Source of the DNA: an uncultured Candidatus Rokubacteria bacterium
Lineage (GTDB): Bacteria; Methylomirabilota; Methylomirabilia; Rokubacteriales; CSP1-6
Direction: 5' to 3'
Length of the DNA stretch: 64,000 nt
Assembly (NCBI GenBank): GCA_963762145.1
Contig: CAVXJS010000009.1
Span: 800,001 to 864,000 of the forward strand
The notes beneath the pieces are model-generated. The model worked only from the letters and a program-made list of their open reading frames with translations, had not been told where the DNA came from and searched no databases. Made by a program: the position numbers and the translations under genes. The first letter of the stretch is position 1, and each line of letters begins with the position of its first letter. This document shows, in pieces, positions 1 through 9,439 of the stretch.

Positions 1-1346
1 ACGTCCTGCAGGAACCGCGCGCCCATCGCGCCGTCCATCACACGGTGATCACACGAGATCGTCAGCTTCATGCGGCGGCCCACGCGCAGCTCGCCGTCCT
101 CCACCACCGGCTTCTGCAGCACCGAGCCCACCGCGAGGATCGCGCCCTCCGGCGGATTGATGATCGCCGAGAACTCCTCGACGTCGTACATGCCCAGGTT
201 CGAGATCGAGAAGGTGGCCCCGGACATTTCCTGCGCTCGAAGCTTGCCTCCACGCGCTCGCTCGGCCAGGTCCCGCGACTCGACCGCGATGCGGGCCAGC
301 GACTTCACGTCGCAGTCGCGGAGGACCGGGGTGATGAGGCCCTGGTCGAGCGCCACCGCGATGCCGATGTGGGCCCGGTGGTACACCCGGATGGCCTGGC
401 CGTTGAGCTGCGCGTTGACGCCCGGGTTCTTGAGCAGGGCCAGCGCCACCGCCTTGATGACCATGTCGGTCACCGAGATCTTCGGCTGGCCGTCGAGCGC
501 GTTCAGCTGCTCCCGCAGCGCCCACGCCTCGTCCATCGCGACCTCGGAGGTGACGTAGAAGTGCGGGACGGGCGCCTTCGACATCGGCATGCGCTTGGCG
601 ATGGCCGCGCGCATCGGGGACATCGCCACGTCCTCGTACTCCGCCTCGGGCCGGGGCGGGATCACGAACTGCGGCCGCGCCGGGACGGCGGCCGGGCGCG
701 GGGGGCCCGCCGGCTGGGGCGCGGCCGCGGGCCGCGGCGCCGCCTTCGCGGCCTCGACGTCGCGACGGATGATGCGTCCGCCGGGACCCGTGCCCTCGAT
801 CAGCCGCAGGTCCACGCCGGTCTGGCCCGCGATCTTGCGGGCCAGCGGCGAGGCCTTCACCCGGCCGCCCGCCGGGCTCGGCGCCGCGACGGCAGGAGCC
901 GGAGCCGCCGCGGCGGCCGGCGCCATCGGCACCACCGCGGTGGTGGCGGGCACGGACTGGTAGCTCTCCATCGCGGGTAGCGGACCGCTCGCGGCCGCCG
1001 GCGCCGCAGCGGGGGCGGGCGCGGACGGCTTGGCCGCGGGCGCCGGGGCGGCGGCCGCCGGCGCAGGAGCCGCGGGCTTCGCGGCCGCCATGCTCGAGAT
1101 GTCCTCGGTCGGGTCCGCGATCACGCCGATCATCTCGCCCACCGGTACCGTCCCGCCTTCCTCCACCACGATCTTGCGGAGGACGCCGGAGCCGAAGGCC
1201 TCGATCTCGACGTTGGCCTTGTCGGTCTCGACCTCCAGGAGGACGTCACCGCCCTTGATCACGTCGCCTTCCTTCTTCAGCCACTTGATGACCTTGCCGG
1301 TCTCCATGGCGTCGGACAGCTTCGGCATGAACACCTTCGTGATCAT
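1..1346 (-). CDS. pdhC: Pyruvate dehydrogenase E2, dihydrolipoamide acetyltransferase (3' end runs off the window)
   Basis: Manual translation from ATG 1346 gives MITKVFMPKLSDAMETGKVIKWLKKEGD..EVETDKANVEIEA (lipoyl domain), an Ala/Pro linker, ASPLARKIA (E3-binding) and C-terminal SCDHRVMDG. Absent from the ORF track because no stop lies in the window. Confidence 0.95.
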   Translation of the reverse strand, partial: MITKVFMPKLSDAMETGKVIKWLKKEGDVIKGGDVLLEVETDKANVEIEAFGSGVLRKIVVEEGGTVPVGEMIGVIADPTEDISSMAAAKPAAPAPAAAAPAPAAKPSAPAPAAAPAAASGPLPAMESYQSVPATTAVVPMAPAAAAAPAPAVAAPSPAGGRVKASPLARKIAGQTGVDLRLIEGTGPGGRIIRRDVEAAKAAPRPAAAPQPAGPPRPAAVPARPQFVIPPRPEAEYEDVAMSPMRAAIAKRMPMSKAPVPHFYVTSEVAMDEAWALREQLNALDGQPKISVTDMVIKAVALALLKNPGVNAQLNGQAIRVYHRAHIGIAVALDQGLITPVLRDCDVKSLARIAVESRDLAERARGGKLRAQEMSGATFSISNLGMYDVEEFSAIINPPEGAILAVGSVLQKPVVEDGELRVGRRMKLTISCDHRVMDGAMGARFLQD

Positions 1347-2323
1347 GCGTTGCACACCTGCCGGATCGCGGCCGCGATCTTGGCCTTCGACGGCGTCTTG
1401 AGCAGCTCCAGGTTCTTCGCGTAGGGCATCGGCGCGTTCTCGCCCGTGACCCGCAGGACGGGCGCGTCGAGGTCGTCGAAGGCGGTCTCGGTGATCTGGG
1501 CCGCGATCTCGGAGCCCATGCCCGCGAACCCCGCACCCGCCTCCAGCACCACCGCGCGATGCGTCTTCCGGACGGACCCGATGATGGTCTCGGTGTCCAT
1601 CGGACGCAGGGTCCGCGGATCCACGATCTCCACCGAGATCCCGTCCTTGGCCAGCTCCTCCGCGACCTCGAGGGCGCGGTACATCATGCCCATGTAGGCC
1701 ACCACCGTGACGTCGGTGCCCTCGCGACGGACCACCGCCTTGCCGAGCGGGATCAGGAAGTCCGGATCCTCCGGCACCTCGCCCTTGACCGCGTACAGCG
1801 TCTCGGCTTCGATGAAGATGACGGGGTTGTCGTCGCGGATGGCCGACTTCAGCAGCCCCTTCGCGTCGGCGGGCGTCGAGGGCCGCACCACCTTGAGTCC
1901 GGGCACGTGGTAGAAGTACGTCTCCATGGACTGGGAGTGCTGCGCGGCGAGCTGGGCCGCCGGGCCGCCGGGACCGCGGATCACGAGCGGAATATTGTAT
2001 TGCCCGCCCGACATGTAGCACATCTTGGCCGCCGAGTTGACGATCTGGTCGAGGGCCAGGATCGAGAAGTTGAACGTCATCATCTCGACCACCGGGCGGA
2101 GCCCCAGCATGGCCGAGCCGACGCCCACCCCGGTGAAGCCGGATTCGCAGATGGGCGTATCGATGATGCGCTTGTCGCCGAACTCCTTGAGCAGCCCCTG
2201 GGTCACCTTGTAGGCGCCGTCGTAGAGGCCGACCTCCTCGCCCATCACGAACACCCGCGGGTCCCGCCGCATCTCCTCGCGGAGCGCCAGGTTCAGCGCC
2301 TCCCGGTACGTCATGACCGCCAT
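1343..2323 (-). CDS. pdhB: Pyruvate dehydrogenase E1 beta subunit
   Basis: MTYREALNLALREEM, DTPICESGFTG, AQHSQS motifs; between E1 alpha and E2. Confidence 0.95.
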   Translation of the reverse strand: MAVMTYREALNLALREEMRRDPRVFVMGEEVGLYDGAYKVTQGLLKEFGDKRIIDTPICESGFTGVGVGSAMLGLRPVVEMMTFNFSILALDQIVNSAAKMCYMSGGQYNIPLVIRGPGGPAAQLAAQHSQSMETYFYHVPGLKVVRPSTPADAKGLLKSAIRDDNPVIFIEAETLYAVKGEVPEDPDFLIPLGKAVVRREGTDVTVVAYMGMMYRALEVAEELAKDGISVEIVDPRTLRPMDTETIIGSVRKTHRAVVLEAGAGFAGMGSEIAAQITETAFDDLDAPVLRVTGENAPMPYAKNLELLKTPSKAKIAAAIRQVCNA

Positions 2324-2327
2324 GAGG

Positions 2328-3326
2328 TCAGTCCTTGTACACGTCGGTGAACAGCTCCGACGGCGGCGGCTCCGGCGAGGCCTCCGCGAAGGCCACCGCC
2401 TCGTCCGCGAGGTCGTTCACCGCCTTCTCGATGTTCCGGATGTCGACCTCGGTGAGGAGGCCGTCTTTCAGGCAGCGGTCGCTGAACAGCGCGATGGGAT
2501 CGCGCAGCTTCTCGCGCTCGACCTCTTCCTTGGTCCGGTAGACCGAGCCGGCCGGATCGCGCATCGAGTGGCCGCGGAACCGGTAGGTACGGGCCTCGAT
2601 GAGGGCGGGCATCTTGTCCCGCCGCGCCCGCTCGACCGCGCGGGCCACCACGTCGCGCACCGCGAGGACATCCATGCCGTCCACCGCCTCGCCGGGCATC
2701 CCGTAGGTCTCGGCGAAGCGCCAGATGTCGGTCTGGGAGAGGGCGCGATGGATCGCGGTGCCCATCGCGTAGCGATTGTTCTCGCAGATGAAGATCACCG
2801 GAAGCTTCCACAGGGCGGCCAGGTTCATGGACTCGTGGAACTCACCCTCCGGCACCGCCCCGTCGCCGAAGTAGCACAGCACCACCTGGTCGCCGCCCTG
2901 GTACTTGATGCCGAAGCCGGCCCCTGCCGCGAGCGGCAGGTGCGCGCCCACGATGCCGTGGCCGCCCAGGAAGTTGACGCTCTTGTCGAACAGGTGCATC
3001 GAGCCGCCCTTCCCCTTGCTGAGCCCGTCCATCCGGCCGAACAGCTCGGCCATGATCCGGCGCGGGTCGGACCCCTTGGCCAGGCAGTGCCCGTGCTCGC
3101 GGTAGGACGACACCGCGTAGTCGTCGACGCGCACCGTGGAGGTGGCGCCGACCGCAACCGCCTCCTGCCCGATATAGAGGTGGAGGAAGCCCCCGATCTT
3201 GCCCAGGGCGTACATCTCGGCCGCCTTCTCCTCGAAGCGCCGGATGAGCGCCATCTGCGTCAGCAGCCGCCGCGCCAGCTCCGCGTCGAGCCGGGTCTGG
3301 GCCACTGCGGTCTTGGTCTGCGCCAT
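2328..3326 (-). CDS. pdhA: Pyruvate dehydrogenase E1 alpha subunit
   Basis: GKIGGFLHLYIGQEA, TPP motif GDGA..ENN, TYRFRGHSM. Confidence 0.95.
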   Translation of the reverse strand: MAQTKTAVAQTRLDAELARRLLTQMALIRRFEEKAAEMYALGKIGGFLHLYIGQEAVAVGATSTVRVDDYAVSSYREHGHCLAKGSDPRRIMAELFGRMDGLSKGKGGSMHLFDKSVNFLGGHGIVGAHLPLAAGAGFGIKYQGGDQVVLCYFGDGAVPEGEFHESMNLAALWKLPVIFICENNRYAMGTAIHRALSQTDIWRFAETYGMPGEAVDGMDVLAVRDVVARAVERARRDKMPALIEARTYRFRGHSMRDPAGSVYRTKEEVEREKLRDPIALFSDRCLKDGLLTEVDIRNIEKAVNDLADEAVAFAEASPEPPPSELFTDVYKD

Positions 3327-3382
3327 TCCGCTCCTCCTGGAAGCCTTCCCGTTCCCGCTGCTACCGTGAGCTTCTCTTCTTG

Positions 3383-3440
3383 TATTCGCTCGGCTCGATT
3401 CTCTATATCTGCTCGGCTCGCCTTCGGCTCACCTCGCCCT
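3383..3440. repeat. Short interspersed repeat, partial copy (3383-3397) plus full copy (3406-3440)
   Basis: Core gctcggctcgccttcggct is identical at 3411, 10847 and 12252; flanks tat(t/c)c..(c)acctcgcc are also similar. Confidence 0.8.
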
Positions 3441-3497
3441 GCCACGGCTGCACCACAATCTTGCCGTTGCTTCTTCTCAACCGTCTACCGCCTCGCG

Positions 3498-3800
3498 CTA
3501 GCCGCGAAGGGTGCTCAGCTCGTCCACCGAGAGGCGGCGACGGAGCCGGAAGATCGTCACGATGATCGCGAGGCCCACCGCGACCTCGGCGGCGGCCACG
3601 CACAGCACGAAGAACACCAGGGCCTGACCATCGGTGGTGCCGTGCCGCTGGCCGAAGGCCACCAGGGCCACGTTCGCCGCGTTCAGCATGAGCTCGATGG
3701 ACATGAAGATCACCAGCGGGTTGCGCCGGATCAGGACCCCGAGCACGCCCATGGTGAACAGGACCGCAGACAGCGCGACGTAGTAGGACTCGGGAACCAT
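3498..3800 (-). CDS. nuoK: NADH-quinone oxidoreductase subunit K
   Basis: [29 protein letters not shown]; 100 aa. Confidence 0.95.
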   Translation of the reverse strand: MVPESYYVALSAVLFTMGVLGVLIRRNPLVIFMSIELMLNAANVALVAFGQRHGTTDGQALVFFVLCVAAAEVAVGLAIIVTIFRLRRRLSVDELSTLRG

Positions 3801-3801
3801 C

Positions 3802-4293
3802 CTACGCCCTGCGCTTGGTCAGCGCCATGACTCCCACGATGGCGGCGAGCAGCAACACCGAGGTGACCTCGAACGGGAACAGGTAGTCGGTGAAGAGCAC
3901 GCGCCCCACCGCGTCCGTCCCCCCCGGCAGGTGCGGCCGGGGCGGGCCCGCGAACACGGTCGAGCGCAGCACCACCGCGACGAGGATCAGGAACACCGCG
4001 GCGATCGGCACCGCCAGCCAGCGCTGCCGGCGGAGCGGATCGGGCCCGGTCTCCTCCTTGCCCGGGATCAGCACCATGATCGCGAAGACGAAGAGGACCG
4101 CGATGGCCCCCGCGTAGATGATGATCTGCACCGCGGCCAGGAACTCGGCCCGCATCGTCAGGAAGAGCCCGGCCACCGAGATCAGGTTGATCGCGAGGAA
4201 GAGCGCGCCGTGGATCGGGTTCCTCCGCAGCAGCATGCCCGCCCCGGAGCCGATCGCGAGCAGGGCCAGCACCGCGAACGTGAAGAGGCTCAC
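3802..4293 (-). CDS. nuoJ: NADH-quinone oxidoreductase subunit J
   Basis: [35 protein letters not shown]; GTG start at 4293 overlaps the nuoI stop (the track ORF is over-extended). Confidence 0.92.
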   Translation of the reverse strand: MSLFTFAVLALLAIGSGAGMLLRRNPIHGALFLAINLISVAGLFLTMRAEFLAAVQIIIYAGAIAVLFVFAIMVLIPGKEETGPDPLRRQRWLAVPIAAVFLILVAVVLRSTVFAGPPRPHLPGGTDAVGRVLFTDYLFPFEVTSVLLLAAIVGVMALTKRRA

Positions 4294-4886
4294 CGGGGCC
4301 TCCGCGCGGGCGGGATCGGCACCGGCGAGGTTGGGACCCCGTTGGGCCCCGCCGGCTCGAGCGCGAGCAGCGTGTCCTTGGTGTAGACCATGCTCTGGCG
4401 GTCGTAGGCCGAGAACTCGAGGATGCCGGTGTCCATGCGGATGGCGTCCTCGGGACAGGCCTCCACGCAGTAGCCGCAGAACACGCACTTGCCCAGGTCG
4501 ATGTCGAACCGCTCGGGCACCTTCTCGATCTCGGGATTGGGGTGCTCGGTGGCCACGATGTAGATGCAGTGGGCCGGGCACACCGTCTCGCACATCATGC
4601 ACGCCACGCAGCGGGGCGAGCCGTCCTCCCGGCGCACCAGCCGGTGCAGGCTGCGCAGCCGTGGGGAGTAGGGCCGCCGCTCCTCGGGATACTGGATGGT
4701 GACCGACCCCCGCGCGCTCTTGACCCGGAAGACCACGTGCAGGGTGTGGCGCCCCATGTTGGCGAAGAAGTGCTTCGCGGTCAGGGCCAGCCCCACGAGC
4801 ACCTCGACCAGGTAGAACCGCTGGCGGAGGCCGAGGCGGCTCGAGTGCTTGGGATCGGCGGGCGTGTTGGTCGTCTGGTAGGCCAT
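4290..4886 (-). CDS. nuoI: NADH-quinone oxidoreductase subunit I
   Basis: Two CxxCxxCxxxCP motifs (CVACMMCETVCP, CVFCGYCVEACP); TIQYPEE. Confidence 0.95.
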   Translation of the reverse strand: MAYQTTNTPADPKHSSRLGLRQRFYLVEVLVGLALTAKHFFANMGRHTLHVVFRVKSARGSVTIQYPEERRPYSPRLRSLHRLVRREDGSPRCVACMMCETVCPAHCIYIVATEHPNPEIEKVPERFDIDLGKCVFCGYCVEACPEDAIRMDTGILEFSAYDRQSMVYTKDTLLALEPAGPNGVPTSPVPIPPARRPR

Positions 4887-4889
4887 GGC

Positions 4890-6014
4890 TCAGGGCTTCC
4901 CCACCGCCAGCAGCACGAGGCCGGTGACGAGGATGTTGAGGATCGACAGCGGGAAGAGGGCGAGCCAGCCGAGCCGCATCGCCTGGTCGTAGCGGAAGCG
5001 GGGCAGCGTCCACCGGATCAGCATGAGAAGCCAGAGCATCACGACGACCTTGGTGAGAAAGGCCCCGACCTGCATCCCCACCACCACCAGGTGCGGCAGC
5101 GCCACCGTCGCGCCCCAGGGGAATACGAAGCCGGAAGCCTGGAGATACGGGACCTGCCAGCCCCCCAGGAACAGCGCGGTGGTCATGCCCGAGATCACCA
5201 CCGTCTCCAGGAAGTCGGCCATCGCGAACATGCCGAACTTCATGCCGCTGTATTCCACGAAATACCCGATGATCTCCGACTCCCCTTCCGGGGTGTCGAA
5301 GGGAATCCGCTTGGTGGAGGCGATGCCCGCAGTCAGGAACAGGAAGAAGGCGAGGGGCTGAGTCAGGATGCCCCAGGCCGGAATCCAGTTTCCGAAGAGC
5401 TGCGGCAGCAGCGGCTGGCCCTGGCCGCGCGCGATGTCCTGCATGTTGAGCGAGCCATACACCATGACCACGCCCATGATCGAGGCGCCGATCGCGACCT
5501 CTGCCGAGATCATGAGAGCGGCCGCGCGCTGCCCGCCCAGGAGGGCGTAGTTGTTGGCCGAGGCCCAGCCCGCCATCATGAGGCCGTAGACGCCCAACGA
5601 GATCATGCCCAGGACATAGAGAATGCCCACGTTGAGCGTGACCGCCTGGAGCTGGATCTCGCGCCCGAGGATCTGCAGGGTGTCGCCGAACGGGATCGTC
5701 GCGAAGGCGGCCAGGCCGAAGAACACCGACACGAACGGGGCGAGCTTGAACATCAGCGTGTCCGCGCGCGCGGGGGTGAAGTCCTCCTTGGTCAGCATCT
5801 TCAACGCGTCGGCCAGCGGATGGAGCAGTCCCAGGACGCGGATGCGGAGACCGAACACGGAGATGGATGCGCGGTTGGCCCCGATCCGGTCCTGCATGAT
5901 CGCGGACTGCTTGCGCTCGACCCAGGTCAGGATCCCGCCGAAGTTCAGCACCACGAACATGACGAACCCGACCGGGATCGCCTGGAGCAGGAGATCGAGG
6001 GCGAGGCCGCTCAT
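4890..6014 (-). CDS. nuoH: NADH-quinone oxidoreductase subunit H
   Basis: WVERKQSAIMQDRIGANR, PFDTPEGESEI, RWTLPRFRYDQ; true start MSGLALD at 6014. Confidence 0.95.
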   Translation of the reverse strand: MSGLALDLLLQAIPVGFVMFVVLNFGGILTWVERKQSAIMQDRIGANRASISVFGLRIRVLGLLHPLADALKMLTKEDFTPARADTLMFKLAPFVSVFFGLAAFATIPFGDTLQILGREIQLQAVTLNVGILYVLGMISLGVYGLMMAGWASANNYALLGGQRAAALMISAEVAIGASIMGVVMVYGSLNMQDIARGQGQPLLPQLFGNWIPAWGILTQPLAFFLFLTAGIASTKRIPFDTPEGESEIIGYFVEYSGMKFGMFAMADFLETVVISGMTTALFLGGWQVPYLQASGFVFPWGATVALPHLVVVGMQVGAFLTKVVVMLWLLMLIRWTLPRFRYDQAMRLGWLALFPLSILNILVTGLVLLAVGKP

Positions 6015-7609
6015 GCCTTCACCACGAGGCCCGCGTCGCCCAACGCCCGGTAGGTCATGCCCGCGAACGCCGGGACCTGACCAGCGAGCGCGGTGAAGAC
6101 CTGCTCGGCCCGGGTCGCGACCAGGGCCGGATCCGCCGCACCCAGGGCGCGGCCCAGCCGGCCGAGGATGTCCCAGTCCGCCGCCGCGTCGCCCAGGGGC
6201 TCCACCACGGTGCGGAAGCGCTGTACCCGCCCCTGGAAATTCGTGAAGGTTCCCTCGCGCTCGACGTAGGCCGCGCTGGGCAGCACGAGGTGCGCCCCCG
6301 CGCTGGTGCCGTTCGCGCTCGGGCCCTGGAACACCACCATCTCGGCGGCGGCCAGCGCCGCGGTCACGTCCGCCACCGGCAGGCCGGACTCGAGGAGATC
6401 GTGCTGGAAGATCCACAGCAGCTTGATCCGCCGCTGCCGCGCGCCGTCGAGGATCCCGGCGGTCTCGCCCTGGGTGAGCCCGATCAGCTCGGCGCCGCGA
6501 CGATTGGGGTTCTTGTCGGCCCGGATCAGGAGGTCGTCGTCCTCGCCGGGCACGCGCGGTGGCACCCGATGGTCCACCGCCCGGACGCCGAGCTGATCGG
6601 CGATCCGCTGCAGCGCGAACAGGTCCTCGTTGGACATCTGGGGCGAGGCCAGGATCCCGATCTCCTCCGGCCGGTAGCGCCGGAGCGCGCCCGCGAGGTC
6701 CGCGACCGCTTCGTCCCAGCCGAGCTGGACGTCGGTGCCGCCCGCGCGCCGTACCGGCGAGAGGAGGCGACTGTCGTCGTCGATCCAGCGGAAGCCGTAG
6801 CGGCCCTCGTCGCAGATCCACCACAGGTTCACGTCGGGGTTGTGGCGCGGCTTGATGCGCGCGATCCGGCGGCCCTGGTTGTGGTGGAGCCGCCGCCGGC
6901 TGTTGTGCACCTCGATGTTGCAGCCCCGCGCGCACCCGTTGCAGACCGAGCGGGCGGTGTCGAGGTACCACACCCGGACCTGGAAGCGGAACTCCCGGTC
7001 GGTGAGCGCGCCCACCGGGCAGATGTCGATGACGTTGCCCGAGTAATTGTTCTCGAGCGTCTTGCCCGGGAAGAGCCCGATCTCCGAGTGGTCCCCCCGG
7101 TTGAAGATGCCGAGCTCGCCGGTGCCGGTCACCTCGTCGCAGAACCGCACGCAGCGCGAGCAGAGGATGCAGCGCTCCGCGTCCAGGATGACGTGGGGCC
7201 CGAGCGGGACCGCCTTCGGCTTGTGGACCTTCTCGTCCGTCATCCGCGGGTCGTAGAGCCCGTGCCGCATGTAGTAGATCTGCAGCCAGCACTCGCCCGC
7301 CTGGTCGCACACCGGGCAGTCGAGCGGGTGATTGACGAGGTGGAACTCCATGATGGACTTGCGGGTCTCGAGCACGCGCTCGGTCCGGGTGTGGACGACC
7401 ATCCCGTCGGCGGCCTGGGTGTTGCAGCCGATCTGCGGGCGCGGGTTCTTCTCGATGTCCACCATGCAGAGCCGACACTGGCCCGCGATGCTGAGCCCGG
7501 GGTGATAGCAGTAGTGCGGCACCTCGGAGCCGGCCTGCCGGGCCGCCTCGATGAGGTTGGTGCCCGGGGCGACCTCGACTTCCTTGCCGTCGATCGTGAG
7601 CTTAGGCAT
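6011..7609 (-). CDS. nuoG: NADH-quinone oxidoreductase subunit G (short form)
   Basis: PHYCYH..GQCRLC, NHPLDCPVCDQAGEC, RCILCSRCVRFC, CNGCARGC; 532 aa. Confidence 0.92.
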   Translation of the reverse strand: MPKLTIDGKEVEVAPGTNLIEAARQAGSEVPHYCYHPGLSIAGQCRLCMVDIEKNPRPQIGCNTQAADGMVVHTRTERVLETRKSIMEFHLVNHPLDCPVCDQAGECWLQIYYMRHGLYDPRMTDEKVHKPKAVPLGPHVILDAERCILCSRCVRFCDEVTGTGELGIFNRGDHSEIGLFPGKTLENNYSGNVIDICPVGALTDREFRFQVRVWYLDTARSVCNGCARGCNIEVHNSRRRLHHNQGRRIARIKPRHNPDVNLWWICDEGRYGFRWIDDDSRLLSPVRRAGGTDVQLGWDEAVADLAGALRRYRPEEIGILASPQMSNEDLFALQRIADQLGVRAVDHRVPPRVPGEDDDLLIRADKNPNRRGAELIGLTQGETAGILDGARQRRIKLLWIFQHDLLESGLPVADVTAALAAAEMVVFQGPSANGTSAGAHLVLPSAAYVEREGTFTNFQGRVQRFRTVVEPLGDAAADWDILGRLGRALGAADPALVATRAEQVFTALAGQVPAFAGMTYRALGDAGLVVKA

Positions 7610-8852
7610 CGCGCGGGATCAAGGCCTCGAATTCCTCGCGGAACTTCTCGATGTAGCTGACGTAGGGGCCGACCGCGCCGTCGTAGAAGGCGCAGATCGT
7701 GGTGCCGGCGCCGCGCTTGGCCACGTCCAGGATCGTGTCGAGGTCCTCCTTGCGTCCCTTCCCCTCCACGATCCGGTGGCTGATCTTGTAGATCCAGCCG
7801 GTGGACTCGCGGCAGGGCGTGCACTGCCCGCACGACTCGTGCGCGTAGAAGCGCGCCACCACCATCAGGGCCTCCGGGATCGAGACCGTCTCGTCCATCA
7901 CGATCACGCCCGCGGAGCCGATCATGCTGCCGACCGCCTTGAGGCCGTCCGCGTCCATGCTCACGTCGATCTCGTCCGCGGTGAGGATCGGGGCGGAGGA
8001 GCCGCCCGGCACCACCGCCTTCAGCCGTCGCCCGTCGCGGATGCCGCCGCAGTGGTCGTAGATGAGGGAGCGCAGGGTCACCGACACCGACGCCTCCACC
8101 ATCCCGGGCTTCACCACGTGGCCCGACACCGAGTAGAGCCGCGTGCCGCCCTGGGTCTTGGTACCGAGCCCGGCGAACCACTCCGCGCCCCGATTGATGA
8201 TGTGGGGCACCGCCGCGATGGTCTCCACGTTGTTCACGATGGTGGGCTGGCCGAAGGCGCCCTTGATGGCGGGGAACGGCGGCTTGATCTTGGGCCAGCC
8301 CTTCTTGCCTTCGAGCGACGACAGCAGGCCCGTCTCCTCGCCGCAGATGTAGGCCCCGGCGCCCCGGTGCACCACGATGTCGAAGTCGAAGCCCGAGCCC
8401 TGGATGTTCCGGCCCAGCAGCCCCGCGTCGTATGCTTCCTTCACCGCCCCGCTGAACACCTGCCACGGGTTCACGTACTCGCCCCGGATGTAGACGAAGC
8501 CCACGTGCGAGTCGATCGCCCGCGCCGCGATGATCATGCCCTCGATCAGGGCGTGGGGATCGCGCTCGAGCAGGTAGCGGTCCTTGAACGTGCCCGGCTC
8601 ACCCTCGTCCGCGTTGATCACGAGGTACTTCGGCGCCGTCGAGCCCTTGGGGATGAAGCTCCACTTCATGCCGGTCGGGAACGCGGCGCCGCCGAGGCCG
8701 CGGAGGTTGGACTTCTTCACCTCCTCGGTGATGGCGGCGGGCTCCATCTGCAACGCCTTGGGCAGCGCGGTGTACCCGCCGGTCTCCCGGTAGACGCCCA
8801 GGGTGTGCGAGCTCGGCCGGTCGAAGTTGCGGGTGAAGATCAGCTCGGCCAT
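7602..8852 (-). CDS. nuoF: NADH-quinone oxidoreductase subunit F
   Basis: LRGLGGAAFPTG, NADEGEPGTFKDR, GAGAYICGEET, ESCGQCTPCRE; start MAELIF at 8852. Confidence 0.96.
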   Translation of the reverse strand: MAELIFTRNFDRPSSHTLGVYRETGGYTALPKALQMEPAAITEEVKKSNLRGLGGAAFPTGMKWSFIPKGSTAPKYLVINADEGEPGTFKDRYLLERDPHALIEGMIIAARAIDSHVGFVYIRGEYVNPWQVFSGAVKEAYDAGLLGRNIQGSGFDFDIVVHRGAGAYICGEETGLLSSLEGKKGWPKIKPPFPAIKGAFGQPTIVNNVETIAAVPHIINRGAEWFAGLGTKTQGGTRLYSVSGHVVKPGMVEASVSVTLRSLIYDHCGGIRDGRRLKAVVPGGSSAPILTADEIDVSMDADGLKAVGSMIGSAGVIVMDETVSIPEALMVVARFYAHESCGQCTPCRESTGWIYKISHRIVEGKGRKEDLDTILDVAKRGAGTTICAFYDGAVGPYVSYIEKFREEFEALIPRDA

Positions 8853-9337
8853 CAGGAGAGCCCGTCCAGGATGCGGTCCACCTTCTCCGGCGTGAGCAGC
8901 CCCTCGTAGCGGTCGTCCACCTGCATCATCGGCGCCGCCTCGCACGCGCAGAGGCATTCCACCGTGAGCAGCGTGATGCGGCCGTCCGCGGTGGTCTCGC
9001 CCACCTCGACGCCCAGGCGTCGGGTCAGGTGCTCGACGATGGACTTGGAGCCGAGGAGGTGGCAGGAGAGGTTGTGGCAGACCGAGACCACGTGGCGGCC
9101 CGTCGGCTGCTGGAAGAAGAGCGTGTAGAAGGTGACGACCTCGTGCACGTGGGCCGGCGACATCTCGAACAGGCCGGCCACGTACTCCTCCACCTCGAGC
9201 GACACGTAGCCGAAGACCTCCTGGGCCAGACGCAGCACGGGTAGCAGCGCGCCCTGCTTGTCCGGGTAGAGGGCCTGGAGGCGGCGGACTTCTTGTAGCT
9301 GTTCTGCCGTGAACTCAGGCCGCTTTGGGTCAGCCAT
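8852..9337 (-). CDS. nuoE: NADH-quinone oxidoreductase subunit E
   Basis: VTFYTLF, CHNLSC and ECLCACEAAP [2Fe-2S] ligands. Confidence 0.95.
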   Translation of the reverse strand: MADPKRPEFTAEQLQEVRRLQALYPDKQGALLPVLRLAQEVFGYVSLEVEEYVAGLFEMSPAHVHEVVTFYTLFFQQPTGRHVVSVCHNLSCHLLGSKSIVEHLTRRLGVEVGETTADGRITLLTVECLCACEAAPMMQVDDRYEGLLTPEKVDRILDGLS

Positions 9338-9394
9338 TCGTCACCTGGGCAGACAGGTTGGGAGCTTGGGCAACCCCCTCTATTTTTCTAAGCC

Positions 9395-9414
9395 GGGCAC
9401 GGCGAGCCGTGCCC
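9395..9414. repeat. REP-like perfect palindrome gggcacggc-ga-gccgtgccc
   Basis: 9-bp inverted repeat in the AT-richer nuoD-nuoE spacer. Confidence 0.55.
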
Positions 9415-9439
9415 TCTGTAAGGTGCTTTCGCATCTTTT

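Noticed and set aside
4890-7478. 862-aa apparent NuoH fusion
   Set aside because: The upstream part is an off-frame read of nuoG; real nuoH starts at 6014. The extended nuoJ, nuoB, nuoC and CsoR ORFs have the same problem.
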